Shown here: piece by piece, positions 22,002-33,462 of the stretch
How positions within the stretch are numbered: the first letter of the stretch is position 1
Layout of the letters: every line of letters begins with the position of its first letter
NCBI GenBank assembly: GCA_000002445.1
Contig: CP000069.1
Span: forward strand, 992,001-1,056,000
Reading direction: 5' to 3'
Source: Trypanosoma brucei
Lineage: Eukaryota
Length of the DNA: 64,000 bases
The notes under the pieces: model-generated
Seen by the model: only the letters and a program-made list of their open reading frames with translations
The model's database searches: none
Told to the model about the DNA's origin: nothing
Made by a program: the position numbers and the translations under genes

Positions 22002-22416
22002 TGAATACTCGGGTGATTATACGCCTTTGTGTGCTAAAAGGGCACTAACAGTAATTATTCCCCTCCAAGGTACAACGCTAGGAAACAAAAGAAAAAAACG
22101 TTGCGTGGCTCCCAAGATATCACAGGCAATAATGAATACAGGTTCAGCACACATCGTAAGGATGAGGAAGAGCGCAGAGTTTCGTTGTCAAAAAGTGCGG
22201 AAGTAGACGATAATTTGGTTGAGAGAGAGAGAAACGATAAATTATATATGTATATGTTTCCTCCGCTCCATTTTTTGCTTGATTGGACCGGTGCAAAAGG
22301 GCGAATAACATGTTTGCAACTCCCACAGTCGACAACCATTCCAACAACAAACTCATGAAAGCAAACAAATACCCTACGATTTCTTAGATAGCAAGAAAAT
22401 GTGTTTAGTAAAGAAG

Positions 22417-23478
22417 CTACGCAAAGCTATGCGTCTGTGCTTTACCCAGGGTTCCACGTAATGATCGATAGCACGCCATACCGTGCAACCAACATGCAAC
22501 GGATGGGGGTGTTACTTTACCGCCTAAACAGTCTTTGATGAACAGTTCAGCTCCCTCACAATCAACGATATCATCCAAGTGCACAACTACCAGAGAATGC
22601 GGAACCGACTCAAATGCATCAAAACCAACACGACTGTCGAAGCGCGCCTGCACTTCGGCAGCGGTTTGGTTCACCTCCACCCAAAAACAAGCATCAGGTT
22701 TCATATTCTTCATGTTCTCCACAATACTGAGTAGACCTCTGTTACGGCATGCGGTGCGTTCAACACCAAGCTCATCAGCTACCTCCATCACAGCACTGTC
22801 AAATAAATGCTGAACAATCACTTCAGGGTTCACGCCACTTAGTTGCGACACCGCCTCCTCCCGTCTAAGCCTATCATTTAACAAATCACTATTTTGCACA
22901 CTATTGTGATTATGGTCAATATTATTATGGTTCCCCGTAGCAGGCCCACTTAACGGTAGTTGGCAAAGGATGTCTTGTGGCTCTGGGTGGCCACCAGGGA
23001 AGCAATAATAGCCGGGATATTCACTCACTAGCGACGAGCGACAAAACATCACAGCCTTTTCGTCGGAGGTCGTTGTAAAACACTCAATTCCGAGTGCACG
23101 AGCGAGGTATTTCCGCCTATCTGTGCCGCCGTCACTGGTAGAACGTAAAAAATAGTCGACATTCGTAGCTACTCCCATACTGGATTTATAATCTGTTATT
23201 CCAAGTTGCAAATGGCACTTACCATTATCATACTGGACAACGTTATGAAGCCGGAATTTCAATCCGTTGTGCAGTATTTTCCTTTCCAACCCCTTCATCA
23301 ACTTCCTCCACGTCTCCTCAATGATGCTATGCTCCTCTGCGAGGCCTTCCAGCCGACCAAATGAGTCATCTACCGTAACTTCCACTCTGGAAGGAGGATA
23401 CGGGTCTCCAGCACAATCTGCCGATGCGTTAAAAGCGAGGAAGATAGTTTCAAACCCGTAAATTGCACTCTTACTCAT
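22417..23478 (-). CDS. Nudix-like (NUDT22-like) hydrolase, tentative (353 aa).
   Basis: ATG confirmed. A segment CFPGGHPEPQD...RLRREEAV resembles a non-canonical Nudix box (PGGxxEP). The rest has no recognisable motif. Confidence 0.35.
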   Translation of the reverse strand: MSKSAIYGFETIFLAFNASADCAGDPYPPSRVEVTVDDSFGRLEGLAEEHSIIEETWRKLMKGLERKILHNGLKFRLHNVVQYDNGKCHLQLGITDYKSSMGVATNVDYFLRSTSDGGTDRRKYLARALGIECFTTTSDEKAVMFCRSSLVSEYPGYYCFPGGHPEPQDILCQLPLSGPATGNHNNIDHNHNSVQNSDLLNDRLRREEAVSQLSGVNPEVIVQHLFDSAVMEVADELGVERTACRNRGLLSIVENMKNMKPDACFWVEVNQTAAEVQARFDSRVGFDAFESVPHSLVVVHLDDIVDCEGAELFIKDCLGGKVTPPSVACWLHGMACYRSLRGTLGKAQTHSFA

Positions 23479-23910
23479 AACTTTCCCCTCTCCTTTTTTT
23501 TAGACTCCACGCATATATGCCACTTTACAACCTTATGTCTAAAACAATTAAAACCCTTTCCATGCTGCACACAAATACGTGGGAGGAAAAAGAGAAAAAG
23601 GTGCCGCAGATACACACAACTACAGGGGTGATTAAACTAAGTTCCCTCGTCATAAAGAATGATTGATTAACGATGGGGTGCGTCTCCACAGAGATTTAAA
23701 CTTTTCTCAAAACACACGAGCAGAAACAAAATAACAAAGAAACGACCGCGTTTCATGACAACGAACATTCAGTGGAGCAATGGTTATTACAGTGTTTTCA
23801 TCTACAAAGGAACCGATCAACCCACTGAAGAGGTTAGACATTTAAAAGAAATATATTGGAAAAATAAGAAACTGGAAATATGACCCGTACATTTTTTTTT
23901 AGACATAAGT

Positions 23911-26352
23911 TTACCGTTGCCCCATCAACTGGACTCCACCATTTGATGTTCCAATGGCGAGCACATTTTCTATGGGGTGCCAACAGATGGCTGTCGCCGT
24001 ATCGGTGACTGGCAGTTTGTCCAAAACCGCACCAGAACCTACATCATAAATAAAGACATTACGAGTTTCGCTTCCAACGGCTACGAGGGCACCGGTTGGC
24101 GAAAACGCAACCCCGACGGCTGTCGCATTGCTGCGGTGCTGAGCGAGCTGACGAACAGAGCGCTTTTGCCTAATATCCCACAAACGCACTGTACTATCCA
24201 TTCCCGCTGTAAGACACATGTGGAGGTGATTGCTTCCGATAGAGGCGTAACGGCCAGCTGTCAGCAACGCCACGCTGTGTATGGGTCGCGTGTGTGCTTC
24301 CTCTATCACGTTAATGTTTTGCCCAACATGTAAGTCATACACGCCGAATGACTTGTTTGACGCTGCCCACACCACAACATTGGAGGCGAAGTGATTGATA
24401 GCGTCGACCCCGACCACGTGCTGCGCCGAGGGTACTGTAAACTCGAGTGCGGGCTTCATCTTTGATTCATTCCGCTTCCTATCCAAATCCCCTCCACCAT
24501 CATCCAAACAATAACGACAGAAATTTACGCTGTTTGCAGTGGCATAGCATATAAACTTGTCCGTGTAAACAAATTTAACTGCTCGCACGTCCCTCCCCAC
24601 CTTCTGTACGATATAAGGCGAAGCGCGCTTTGTAGGCCGCCACACGGCCACTACACCATCGCATGAGCCTGTGACCACAACAGGTGCGTTAAGAGACATA
24701 TTAGCATCTATAGAGCTCAGGGGTGCAGTATGTACCCGTAATGCCGTTCCGTCGCCCTCATTCTTTGCCACCGGCATCTTCAGCATAAAAGCCGATGCGT
24801 CACCAGATGCAGTTACCAGTGCAGAGCCACTGGCGGTAAATTTAGCCGATGTTATGACAGCACGGTGAATGGGAGAAGAAAGAAGAAATCTATTAGCGGC
24901 TGTCATCGGCTGAAGAGGTCGGTTGGACAGTGGCAAAAATTTGTATCGTGGAACGGCAACGGCTGTGGACGGATGCTTGGGTGCCCTTGTAGCCCTTTCA
25001 CGCAACTTCTTCTGCCGCTGTTGCACACTCCACGGGACACTGGCGGTGTAACCGCTACTTTTGATAGGGCGTCCAAACGTCACCGGTTTATCCGTAGGCA
25101 TCTTTTTATCTCTTGCAACGCTCAATTTTCCGGTGTTCCGGGTGGAAGGGACCTTCTGCTGATTATGTTGGGGAGGTAATTGCAGGGGTTCCAGTAGATG
25201 CGGGGGCAATGGAAATCGTGCGTGCATGATGTCGCTGGAAGGATCAAAAGAATCATCACATCCATCTCCCAAAATACCATCCACGGCAGACAAGTACAAC
25301 AACTCTTGCGTGCCCGATACTAAGGCACACCATGAGCCATCTCTTGACGCCGCAGAAATCTGTGGAGTTTTCTCACCGAAAAATAACGTATTACTGTCTA
25401 ATAATTCCATCGAATTTTTGTTGTAGTAAACAACCGCATCTGTGCGCATTACTACCATTATCGACCGACCAACGACCACTTCCATCACACGGACCCCTCC
25501 ATAAAGGGATACATGCTCTGGTATATCGACATCCCGATATATCTGCTTCGTCACATCAAGGACGAAAAAAACCTGCAAATTATCCTGCTGAACCAACTTT
25601 ATTGTGCCGTCTGATAAACCAACAACAAGATGTCCTTCCTCACTACCTCCAACCGCAAAACATGTTACCTGTTGAGCTCGAGTTATAATATGACCATCCC
25701 TTTGGAGATAAGGTTCCACACTCCACCACTCTTCATTACAGTGGAGACTTACTAGATGATTTCCCCTTGAAATGGCAAACAAAATGCTGCCGCCAAAGGC
25801 AGCGAATGCTGCACCGGCTTCACCGTACCAACAACTGCAGTCCAGAAGCAACAGGGTAGGTGCCACACCATCCGCAAGATTGTACCGTAATCGGCAATCT
25901 ACCAAAGTAATTCCACAAGGAGAACACACAGCTATGGTAGTGCCGTCGGTAGACCACACAACATGGGTGGCACCAGGTGGAACACCATTACAAAGGAACT
26001 CTTCATTTAAGAGAAGCACTTCATCCGCGTCATCGTCATCATCATCTCCGTAATCATCGTTTCCGTGTCCGAAAGACAACGCAGAGCTCCACGTGAAGAG
26101 AGCTGCTGACGATTCTCCAATAACCGCAACTTTCTCTTGGAATACGGAAAGAAGGATGGGCACAAATCCCATTTCCACTAGCGGATGCATGTTGGGCTCC
26201 TCTTCTCCACATTCCCATGCGTACATGACTGCCGGCCCACTGCCGTTGCTTTGACTACACCACAGTAATCGTTGTGACGATAGAGCCATGCAGTTCACAA
26301 TTCCCCCATTTATCTGGATAGCGCGAGGCGTAGCTCCCGTTTCCTTATACAT
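23911..26352 (-). CDS. WD40-repeat protein (813 aa).
   Basis: ATG confirmed. WD-like units are present, for example STVRLWDIRQKRSVRQL, VFIYDVGSG, GTIKLVQQD and VVAVWRP. There is an acidic D-rich stretch. Confidence 0.6.
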   Translation of the reverse strand: MYKETGATPRAIQINGGIVNCMALSSQRLLWCSQSNGSGPAVMYAWECGEEEPNMHPLVEMGFVPILLSVFQEKVAVIGESSAALFTWSSALSFGHGNDDYGDDDDDDADEVLLLNEEFLCNGVPPGATHVVWSTDGTTIAVCSPCGITLVDCRLRYNLADGVAPTLLLLDCSCWYGEAGAAFAAFGGSILFAISRGNHLVSLHCNEEWWSVEPYLQRDGHIITRAQQVTCFAVGGSEEGHLVVGLSDGTIKLVQQDNLQVFFVLDVTKQIYRDVDIPEHVSLYGGVRVMEVVVGRSIMVVMRTDAVVYYNKNSMELLDSNTLFFGEKTPQISAASRDGSWCALVSGTQELLYLSAVDGILGDGCDDSFDPSSDIMHARFPLPPHLLEPLQLPPQHNQQKVPSTRNTGKLSVARDKKMPTDKPVTFGRPIKSSGYTASVPWSVQQRQKKLRERATRAPKHPSTAVAVPRYKFLPLSNRPLQPMTAANRFLLSSPIHRAVITSAKFTASGSALVTASGDASAFMLKMPVAKNEGDGTALRVHTAPLSSIDANMSLNAPVVVTGSCDGVVAVWRPTKRASPYIVQKVGRDVRAVKFVYTDKFICYATANSVNFCRYCLDDGGGDLDRKRNESKMKPALEFTVPSAQHVVGVDAINHFASNVVVWAASNKSFGVYDLHVGQNINVIEEAHTRPIHSVALLTAGRYASIGSNHLHMCLTAGMDSTVRLWDIRQKRSVRQLAQHRSNATAVGVAFSPTGALVAVGSETRNVFIYDVGSGAVLDKLPVTDTATAICWHPIENVLAIGTSNGGVQLMGQR

Positions 26353-26664
26353 GGATGGGAAATCTTTATCTCCCCAGATCTTTTACTCTTGGTAATATGA
26401 TACCGCGATAGTCTCCACGAAGTAAAGGATGAACAATAAAAAAAAAAGGTGAAAAAATTTAAAAAATGTGAACACATGTTGATTCCCATTTCCTTTTTTT
26501 TACTCTTGTGTCAATACAAGACTATAAATACTCCTACAAGCGTAAGCAGAGGGCACAGTGGAGTAACTTTGAGTGGGTGACATCCACAACACTTTACTCC
26601 TTATAATATTAACACCAAACCCGTCAACCATCTCGCAATGCCTTCCCACCCCCCTCCTTCAGCG

Positions 26665-28359
26665 TCACAATGACGAATCCTGAGAAAGCATGTGTACTGT
26701 GTTAAGGAAAAGTGCATTGCTCGCAACTTTCTTCAACTCAGACCTTTCACCTCCAGAACCACCAAGCACGGCTTCGCGAGTACTCAACTCCATGATGTGT
26801 TCCATTTCCTTCAATTGCAGCAGTACATCAGTTTCATCCCTCTCAGAGGGGTACACCGCGTGGCTGCGGCCCGTCTCCTCTTCGTTAGACTCAGTGGTAT
26901 TGTCACTGCCGCTGCAAACGCTTGCACCATCGTTGAATAAGTAATCATCTAATCGGTTCACATCGTCCCCTGTAAGAGTCTGCAGACGTTCTGCCTCCTG
27001 AGCATAAGCGTAGAGCCAACTGGTACTGTGACTGCGAAGTGTCGGTACATTCATTACTTTACGTCGTAAGTTGCAGAGATAGCGCTGAGAGAAAATATCT
27101 TCACCACTTTCATTGCTTTCTTGAAGGTTTCCTCCACCTCCTTTCTTCACATCTTTGAGAAAACTTTCAATCACAGCTGCATGTGACCCCGCTACATCCC
27201 TCCGCAGGCGCTGTAGTGCAATTGTGAGCTGGAGTCCATGAAGAAGTTCCTCTTCTGTTGCTTCAACTGCGACGCAACTTTCATCTCCACCACTTGCGGA
27301 ACGCTGCTGAAGAGAATATGTCGTAGCGCAAAGCGGCGTCGAAATGAGCGATGGTGGAGCTGCTGAACAGTGTAGGTGGGCGAAAATGTAACGGGGAATG
27401 CGCAGAGGAACACGCACATAGCAACCACTTTGTGTCAGCATGCGGTATTCTTCAACTACACCGCGCACCATACTCTCTGCACCGGAGTACTGTGTTGGGG
27501 CAAGTGCACCATTCCGCAACCAATGTAGTGGCTGACGAGCGGTATGATGAAGCAGCGCAGCACGTGCAAGTGTTGGGTTTTTATCCACCAATTCGGCAAC
27601 GGGTGCTGGAACCGCAACCACAGCAAGGTGCCACGACCCTTCACGCATAGTGGAGGCCACTCGGCGCGCCCACACTTGCAACGCTTCCGTCATTTCCTCC
27701 TCAAGGAAACGCTTCCGTACTGAATCGTCTACTTCAAGTAATGTAAGAAGAGGTTCCAACCTTTCATAGCATTTATCACGGAGGGACTGCTGCTTTAGGG
27801 ACTTCTGACGGGGTCTCAACTGACCATTAGGTCGCAGGGGGACAACAAAAACGGAACCACCCATCATAATAACACGACCAACCATTCTCTGATGATAATC
27901 ATATTCCTCTGCACCCCAGCGACTGAGGTATTCACCACGTGTTCCTTCAGAGTTTTCGATGATATCTGCAAGTTCGAGCAGCAACACATCCGTTTCTTCC
28001 TCCTCCTCCTCCTCCCTCTTTACCGTGCCTTCACTTTCCGTTACTGCTGCAGTTAATCCCTGAATGGCTTCGGTCAGGTCCAAAAGCATCATGGCGGTCA
28101 CTCGCGTATCTTCATCGTTCCCCCCTAAAGATAAATAAGCCTCGAATGCGTAATAACCACACCTGTGAGTACCGGAAGAGAACAAAGTTTCCGGAAGAGA
28201 AAGAGGTGTAAGATTGCTAAAGAGATTGTCCTCCGTCCACAAATAGGAACTGGTGGCATGATAACTGCGCTGCGAGTGCTTACGCAGTGAATAAAGCAAA
28301 TCCGTACGTGTGGGCGGGGAATGTGAGTACGTACCAAGAAGAATCACATTTAGTACCAT
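26665..28359 (-). CDS. Hypothetical protein (564 aa).
   Basis: A long ORF. The track start at 28362 is TTG, and the first ATG is at 28357-28359. It has an acidic E-rich stretch and no recognised domain. Confidence 0.5.
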   Translation of the reverse strand: MVLNVILLGTYSHSPPTRTDLLYSLRKHSQRSYHATSSYLWTEDNLFSNLTPLSLPETLFSSGTHRCGYYAFEAYLSLGGNDEDTRVTAMMLLDLTEAIQGLTAAVTESEGTVKREEEEEEETDVLLLELADIIENSEGTRGEYLSRWGAEEYDYHQRMVGRVIMMGGSVFVVPLRPNGQLRPRQKSLKQQSLRDKCYERLEPLLTLLEVDDSVRKRFLEEEMTEALQVWARRVASTMREGSWHLAVVAVPAPVAELVDKNPTLARAALLHHTARQPLHWLRNGALAPTQYSGAESMVRGVVEEYRMLTQSGCYVRVPLRIPRYIFAHLHCSAAPPSLISTPLCATTYSLQQRSASGGDESCVAVEATEEELLHGLQLTIALQRLRRDVAGSHAAVIESFLKDVKKGGGGNLQESNESGEDIFSQRYLCNLRRKVMNVPTLRSHSTSWLYAYAQEAERLQTLTGDDVNRLDDYLFNDGASVCSGSDNTTESNEEETGRSHAVYPSERDETDVLLQLKEMEHIMELSTREAVLGGSGGERSELKKVASNALFLNTVHMLSQDSSL

Positions 28360-29051
28360 CAACTAACTGAAACCCTCTTCCACCACCTCCTTCTCCTTTT
28401 TATTTTCTTTTCCTTTTAAATATTAGGGAAAACCAACAGGGTAAAAAATGAAGTGAAAAATAAAACAGCAGCAAAGCAAACTTTGGAAGCATCATGACCC
28501 ATAGAAGTTATCTGCTCTGGTATCTATCCACTGATTCCCCGTGTTATGCTGATTCGGTTTCTACAACCATTTAAGAAGAGGGGCAACAAAAAAAAAGTAA
28601 AAAAAGGAGCGTAGAATTACACTGCTACAACACAATCAGCAATAAAAAGTAAAGGAAACATATTACTCTCTATTTCGTAAGTAGTTCCTCGCTTTTTGTC
28701 CTTGTTTCATGGAATAGAAAAATAAATGTATAAATATTTATGCATACATACGTATATATAAACACGAATGTATGAATACACGTATATAAATTAATATATA
28801 TATATATATATATATATGTATTGACGTTATCTAATTGTTTCTATAGTGTCAATATCATCCTACTTCCTTCTTACCACGTTTCTAAACCTCCGACATCTAT
28901 GATACCTTGAAACGTTTTTGAGAGTACCACCATAAAAATTGTAAGTGGTGGTGATACACGTTCAAGATTGAATACACATCAAAACACAAACTAACACATT
29001 ACTCAGGAGTTCAAAACTGAAAAAAATTAAAAAATTAAAAAATAAAAAAAG

Positions 29052-29816
29052 CTAAACAGCGAGCCTCTGCGCCAAGTCATCCAGTGCAAAAAGGCGCCGC
29101 TCCGTTGCGCCAACCACATCTTCTTCCTCTTCCCCTCCCAAAACAGAGCCACTTGACCCCGCGTTCCTTACAGGTGACTGCAAACATGAACGTGACGTAT
29201 CCTCCTTTGCAGGCGATACAAAGGCGGACAGACCGGCAACACTGCTGTTACCACTTTGTGTGCTTTGTCGGCTCTGTGTGGTGTATGAAGTGAAAGCACA
29301 ATCCCTTTTACTCGTTTTACCGGAGTCTACAATTGTCCTCCGGTCGTCATCCAGATGCGATATGGAAAAACTTTGTGTGCTAAGCGCAGCCCATTCATCT
29401 TGCAGACCCTTTTGCGCATTAACAACTTCCACCACAATACGCTCTGCAGCAAACAGTCGCTCTGAGAGAATCATACGTTCCTCTTCCGCCACCTTCAACT
29501 TCTTTTCCAGCATGTCAATGCGGTCGAACAAAGCGGAGGGATCAAACCCCTGAGGTGCTGCAACAGCCGCAGTTTCAACGATTCCAACTTTTGAGTTCGT
29601 TCTGTCATTCACAAACTTCACGTTAGGGACGTCATGACTGCGTTGGGAAGAAGCGGACGGTTTGATATCTCCTCCGCCTGCGGTTGGTATCCTTTTCTGT
29701 TTCTCATTACTGGGATCCAGACCATACTTTTTCCCCCATCGCTCCAGTTGCACATCAATTTCTTCCAACAGTTGCACAGTTCGCGCATCGTCAACCATGT
29801 TATTGTTGAGAAACAT
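29052..29816 (-). CDS. Hypothetical coiled-coil protein (about 255 aa).
   Basis: The track start is GTG. The first ATG is at 29814-29816, with an alternative at 29796-29798. A heptad-like region follows (FDRIDMLEKKLKVAEEERMILSERL). Confidence 0.45.
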   Translation of the reverse strand: MFLNNNMVDDARTVQLLEEIDVQLERWGKKYGLDPSNEKQKRIPTAGGGDIKPSASSQRSHDVPNVKFVNDRTNSKVGIVETAAVAAPQGFDPSALFDRIDMLEKKLKVAEEERMILSERLFAAERIVVEVVNAQKGLQDEWAALSTQSFSISHLDDDRRTIVDSGKTSKRDCAFTSYTTQSRQSTQSGNSSVAGLSAFVSPAKEDTSRSCLQSPVRNAGSSGSVLGGEEEEDVVGATERRLFALDDLAQRLAV

Positions 29817-32800
29817 AGGTCTCCTTGTGTGTTGTGAACGCTTTTGCAGAAACAACACGGTTCAGGTTACTTTTTTCTCCTAACTTCTTTGACGGTTCTT
29901 TCCTACAACCCACAAAGCGACATCAATATCAACAGTAATAATAGTAATAAGAACATCGTCGACGGGACATAGTGAATGGAAATGGAAGGAAAACACAAGA
30001 GGAATGAATTTACGAGTATTGATGTGTGTGTGTGTGTGTCGAGGGGAGGGGAGACAACCATAATTCTAACGAAAGTACGACACGAATTTCATATTGATAT
30101 TTGTACATTAACAGGCTGTTTCACTTATTCCTTTTATGGTTTATCCACCACTTCGTTTTGCCTCTCCGCCAGTTCGCCCAGCAGTTCAAATGAGCAGATG
30201 CAGTGCTACGCCGTAGTAAAAGCTAATTAATTAATGTGTCATGCATTTGTCTATAACGTTATTTTTACTTTCCTATATGTGACGTGGTGAGAAGATAAAA
30301 GAGAGTGATAATAAAAAGTGAAAATATTGTTCATTTACTTCTACAACTTCAAAAAACTCAATTTGTAGCATCAAACTTTATAATTTTCATGATATCACGA
30401 ACACTGGAGCGGATCACAGTGATCAATGTTAATCAAACGGAATGCACTGCATAAACAAGTAAACAAGCACAAGCGCACGACAGAAATAGAAAGGAAAAAA
30501 AAAACAAACAAAAGTACTGTGGTGTGACGACAACAACAATAAAGGCAGTACGATAATTTTATTTTTGAAGAAAAAAATAATTAATTTATCGTCCATGCCG
30601 CGTTATTTACTTTTCCCTTACCATCTAGTACGTTTGTCTTTTTTTTTTTTCAACTTCTGCATATGATATTGTTTCGCTTGTTTGTCTGCTGGTTCTGTTT
30701 TCCCTCCTCACATTTTCATATTTCCTTGAAAAAAGGAAAAAAAGTAAATAAAGAAAAACATCTTTAGTAACAACAAAAAAAAGCAAATATTCCCCCCTTC
30801 GCTGTGGTTATATACACAAATATATATATACATATATATATATTTATACATATATGTCTGACGAGGGTTAAAAAAAAACCGACAACAAATATGCAAAAAA
30901 AAATCGTGAAGATTATATCTCACCACGTGTGCGAGTCTTAGTTTTTTTTTATTTTTACAAAACAAATTCTCTACCTCACTAACACTATATGTGACGAATT
31001 TTATTTTTGTGTCTTCCGTGTTTTCCTTCAACTCCTTTCCTTCTTCAAATTATTTAATTTACTTTTCTTCGCTTTCGCTTTACTCCAACCCCCACCCACT
31101 TTTTTTTTTATTTTCCTTCATCTTTTTTTTTTTAAATGTCCCCTTCTTTTTCCCCTTTGAATGGTGTGAAAACAAGAAAAAAAAAGGAAAGGAAAGATGG
31201 AAAAGGGAAAAAAAATTTCTTTGTTTCCTTCAATATATATATTTATTTATTTACCTCTCTGTTGTTGATTTCATTTCTACTGCCCTTTTCTTTTGTTCCC
31301 TTCCCCCACTCAACAAATACTTTTAAAATAATGCAAATAGATAAATATATATGTATTGTATATACGTATATTTGAACAACTTTCTAGTAAGGGAAGAAAA
31401 AATTTTAATGGATGAAAATAAATATTTCTTTGCATGAAAATGTAATGGGAAGCAAAGTGGTAAAAAATGTTGCGGAGTTTGCCCGTCACGCACAGATTTT
31501 ACTCCTACTCTCATCATATGTTGATGTTCCTCTTTTTTTTTCCCCCTTCTTCTTTTTTATTTTTTTTACTAATTTTCACTTTCATTTGTATTTCTTCCGC
31601 ATGAGGTTTTTCGTGACATATGCAAACATACACACAAAAACACAAAAAACATAAAGAAGAAAAAAAAAAGGGAACGACAAAAAACAAAAAAAGAAATTGG
31701 TGAGTGAGCCTAACAGCCAGTCAAAATAATATAAAATAATAATTTTATTTAAAAAAAAACGGCATAAATATAAATAAATACAAAACAAAAGGCATACATA
31801 TATAAACTCACACAAACAAACATACATATAAATATATAAATATATATTTTAGAGGTGAAGAGGAAAGTTGGATACACATTTTCATAAATAAAAGCAAAAT
31901 AGATTGAAATGAAATGAGAATAAATTTGAGGAGCTTTGTAAAGAGATGTTGGAAGAGGTGAGGATGGGGTGGAGGAAAGGAAATAATTTTCTTGACAAAG
32001 GTGCACGAGGGGTACGTGTCCACGCACACATTAAAATACGCGAGCGCAATAAAATAAATATGTGTAGGATATATATAAATTTATATATGAAAAAAAAAAG
32101 AGGGAATAAATTTGTAGTGTTGACGCTGACAAAAAAAAATTGAAAAAAAAATTATACGAAGCTTACAAAAAGGCGTTAAATAGGATGTCCCCACCAACAT
32201 CGTGTTCCACCACAGGAATCAAAATTATGAAATTGAAATAATTTCGCCGTCGGTTCTCGGATTGCACTCGCGCATGATCTAACAACAATCAAACATAAAA
32301 GAATCATTGCAAAGAAAAAGATAATAATGATAATAATAAAAACGAAGGTAAATCCAGAAACCGGAGAAAACGATATTAACGGAAGCTCTCGAAGGTGATG
32401 TGGACTGTTTCCCAAAGAATTTAACATTACATAAAATTTTCCTTTTTATTTAAGTGAATTCTCTCTTTTCACTGAAATTTAGGTATTATTAGTGCTAACT
32501 ACCATTTCCTCCTTTTTTTTGTTATGTTATTTCTATTTGTGCCTTTGCCTTTGAGTTTTCACTCCATGAATTCCGCAACACGTGCTAACATACTCTCATC
32601 CATTTGATAATGATTTTTTCTTTTTCTTTCTTCATTTAACACTCAGTGACCTCTGTACGGCTTTCCTTCCATCTTAACAGATTCCTTCCATTTACCCCGT
32701 CTTTCTGATTTCGTAACTGCTTGTATTTTATTTTATTTTATTTCTCCTTTTCACTAACTTCACACACTTATTTTTTTTATATTTTTCTTTGATACAATGC

Positions 32801-33446
32801 TGCTGTTATAGTCATTGTTCCCCCTTTTTCCCATCGTTTTCACACCTTTTTCAAAAAAAAAAAAAAGGTCATGTGCTGCTTAACTGCTGGGGGAAAACAA
32901 TGGCTGAAGAGGATGTGAATTCCTCCCCTAGCATTCATAAAAATAATAGTAATAAATGAAATAAAAAGTAATTTCTTTTGAACAATTAATATATAAATAT
33001 ATTTATATCCTCCGTTCATCGTTTTTCAATTATTATTTTTATTATTTTTATTTGAATTGCCGTCATTAACTACTCATTTTCAAGAAATGTGTTGACCTTC
33101 GCTCTTGAAGGTGTTTCCGTTTTGTTTGAGTACAAAATTGCAGATAAATCGCTTTCTTTTTTTTTGTTTCGTCTTCTCCCTTTATTCAATTTCTGTATGT
33201 ACTTCTTTTGTATTTTTAAAAAATATATAAATATATATATCTTTTCTCGATTTCAACAGACATTTGCAAAGGGAAGTGTAATGAGGCGAGGCGGGAGGGA
33301 GGGAAGGAAGGGAAGGAGTTTATGATGATGATGAGAGGAAAGGAAGCAGCACGACACCGTAACTGCAAAAATATCTCAAAGGTGAAAAAAAAATTTAATA
33401 AAAAAAAGACATAAAACAAAGCAAACGGAAAAGTAGAAAAAAGCTT

Positions 33447-33462
33447 CCCCCCCCCCCCCCCC
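33447..33462 (+). repeat. C16 homopolymer (G16 on the minus, transcribed strand).
   Basis: Read directly from the sequence. Confidence 0.9.
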
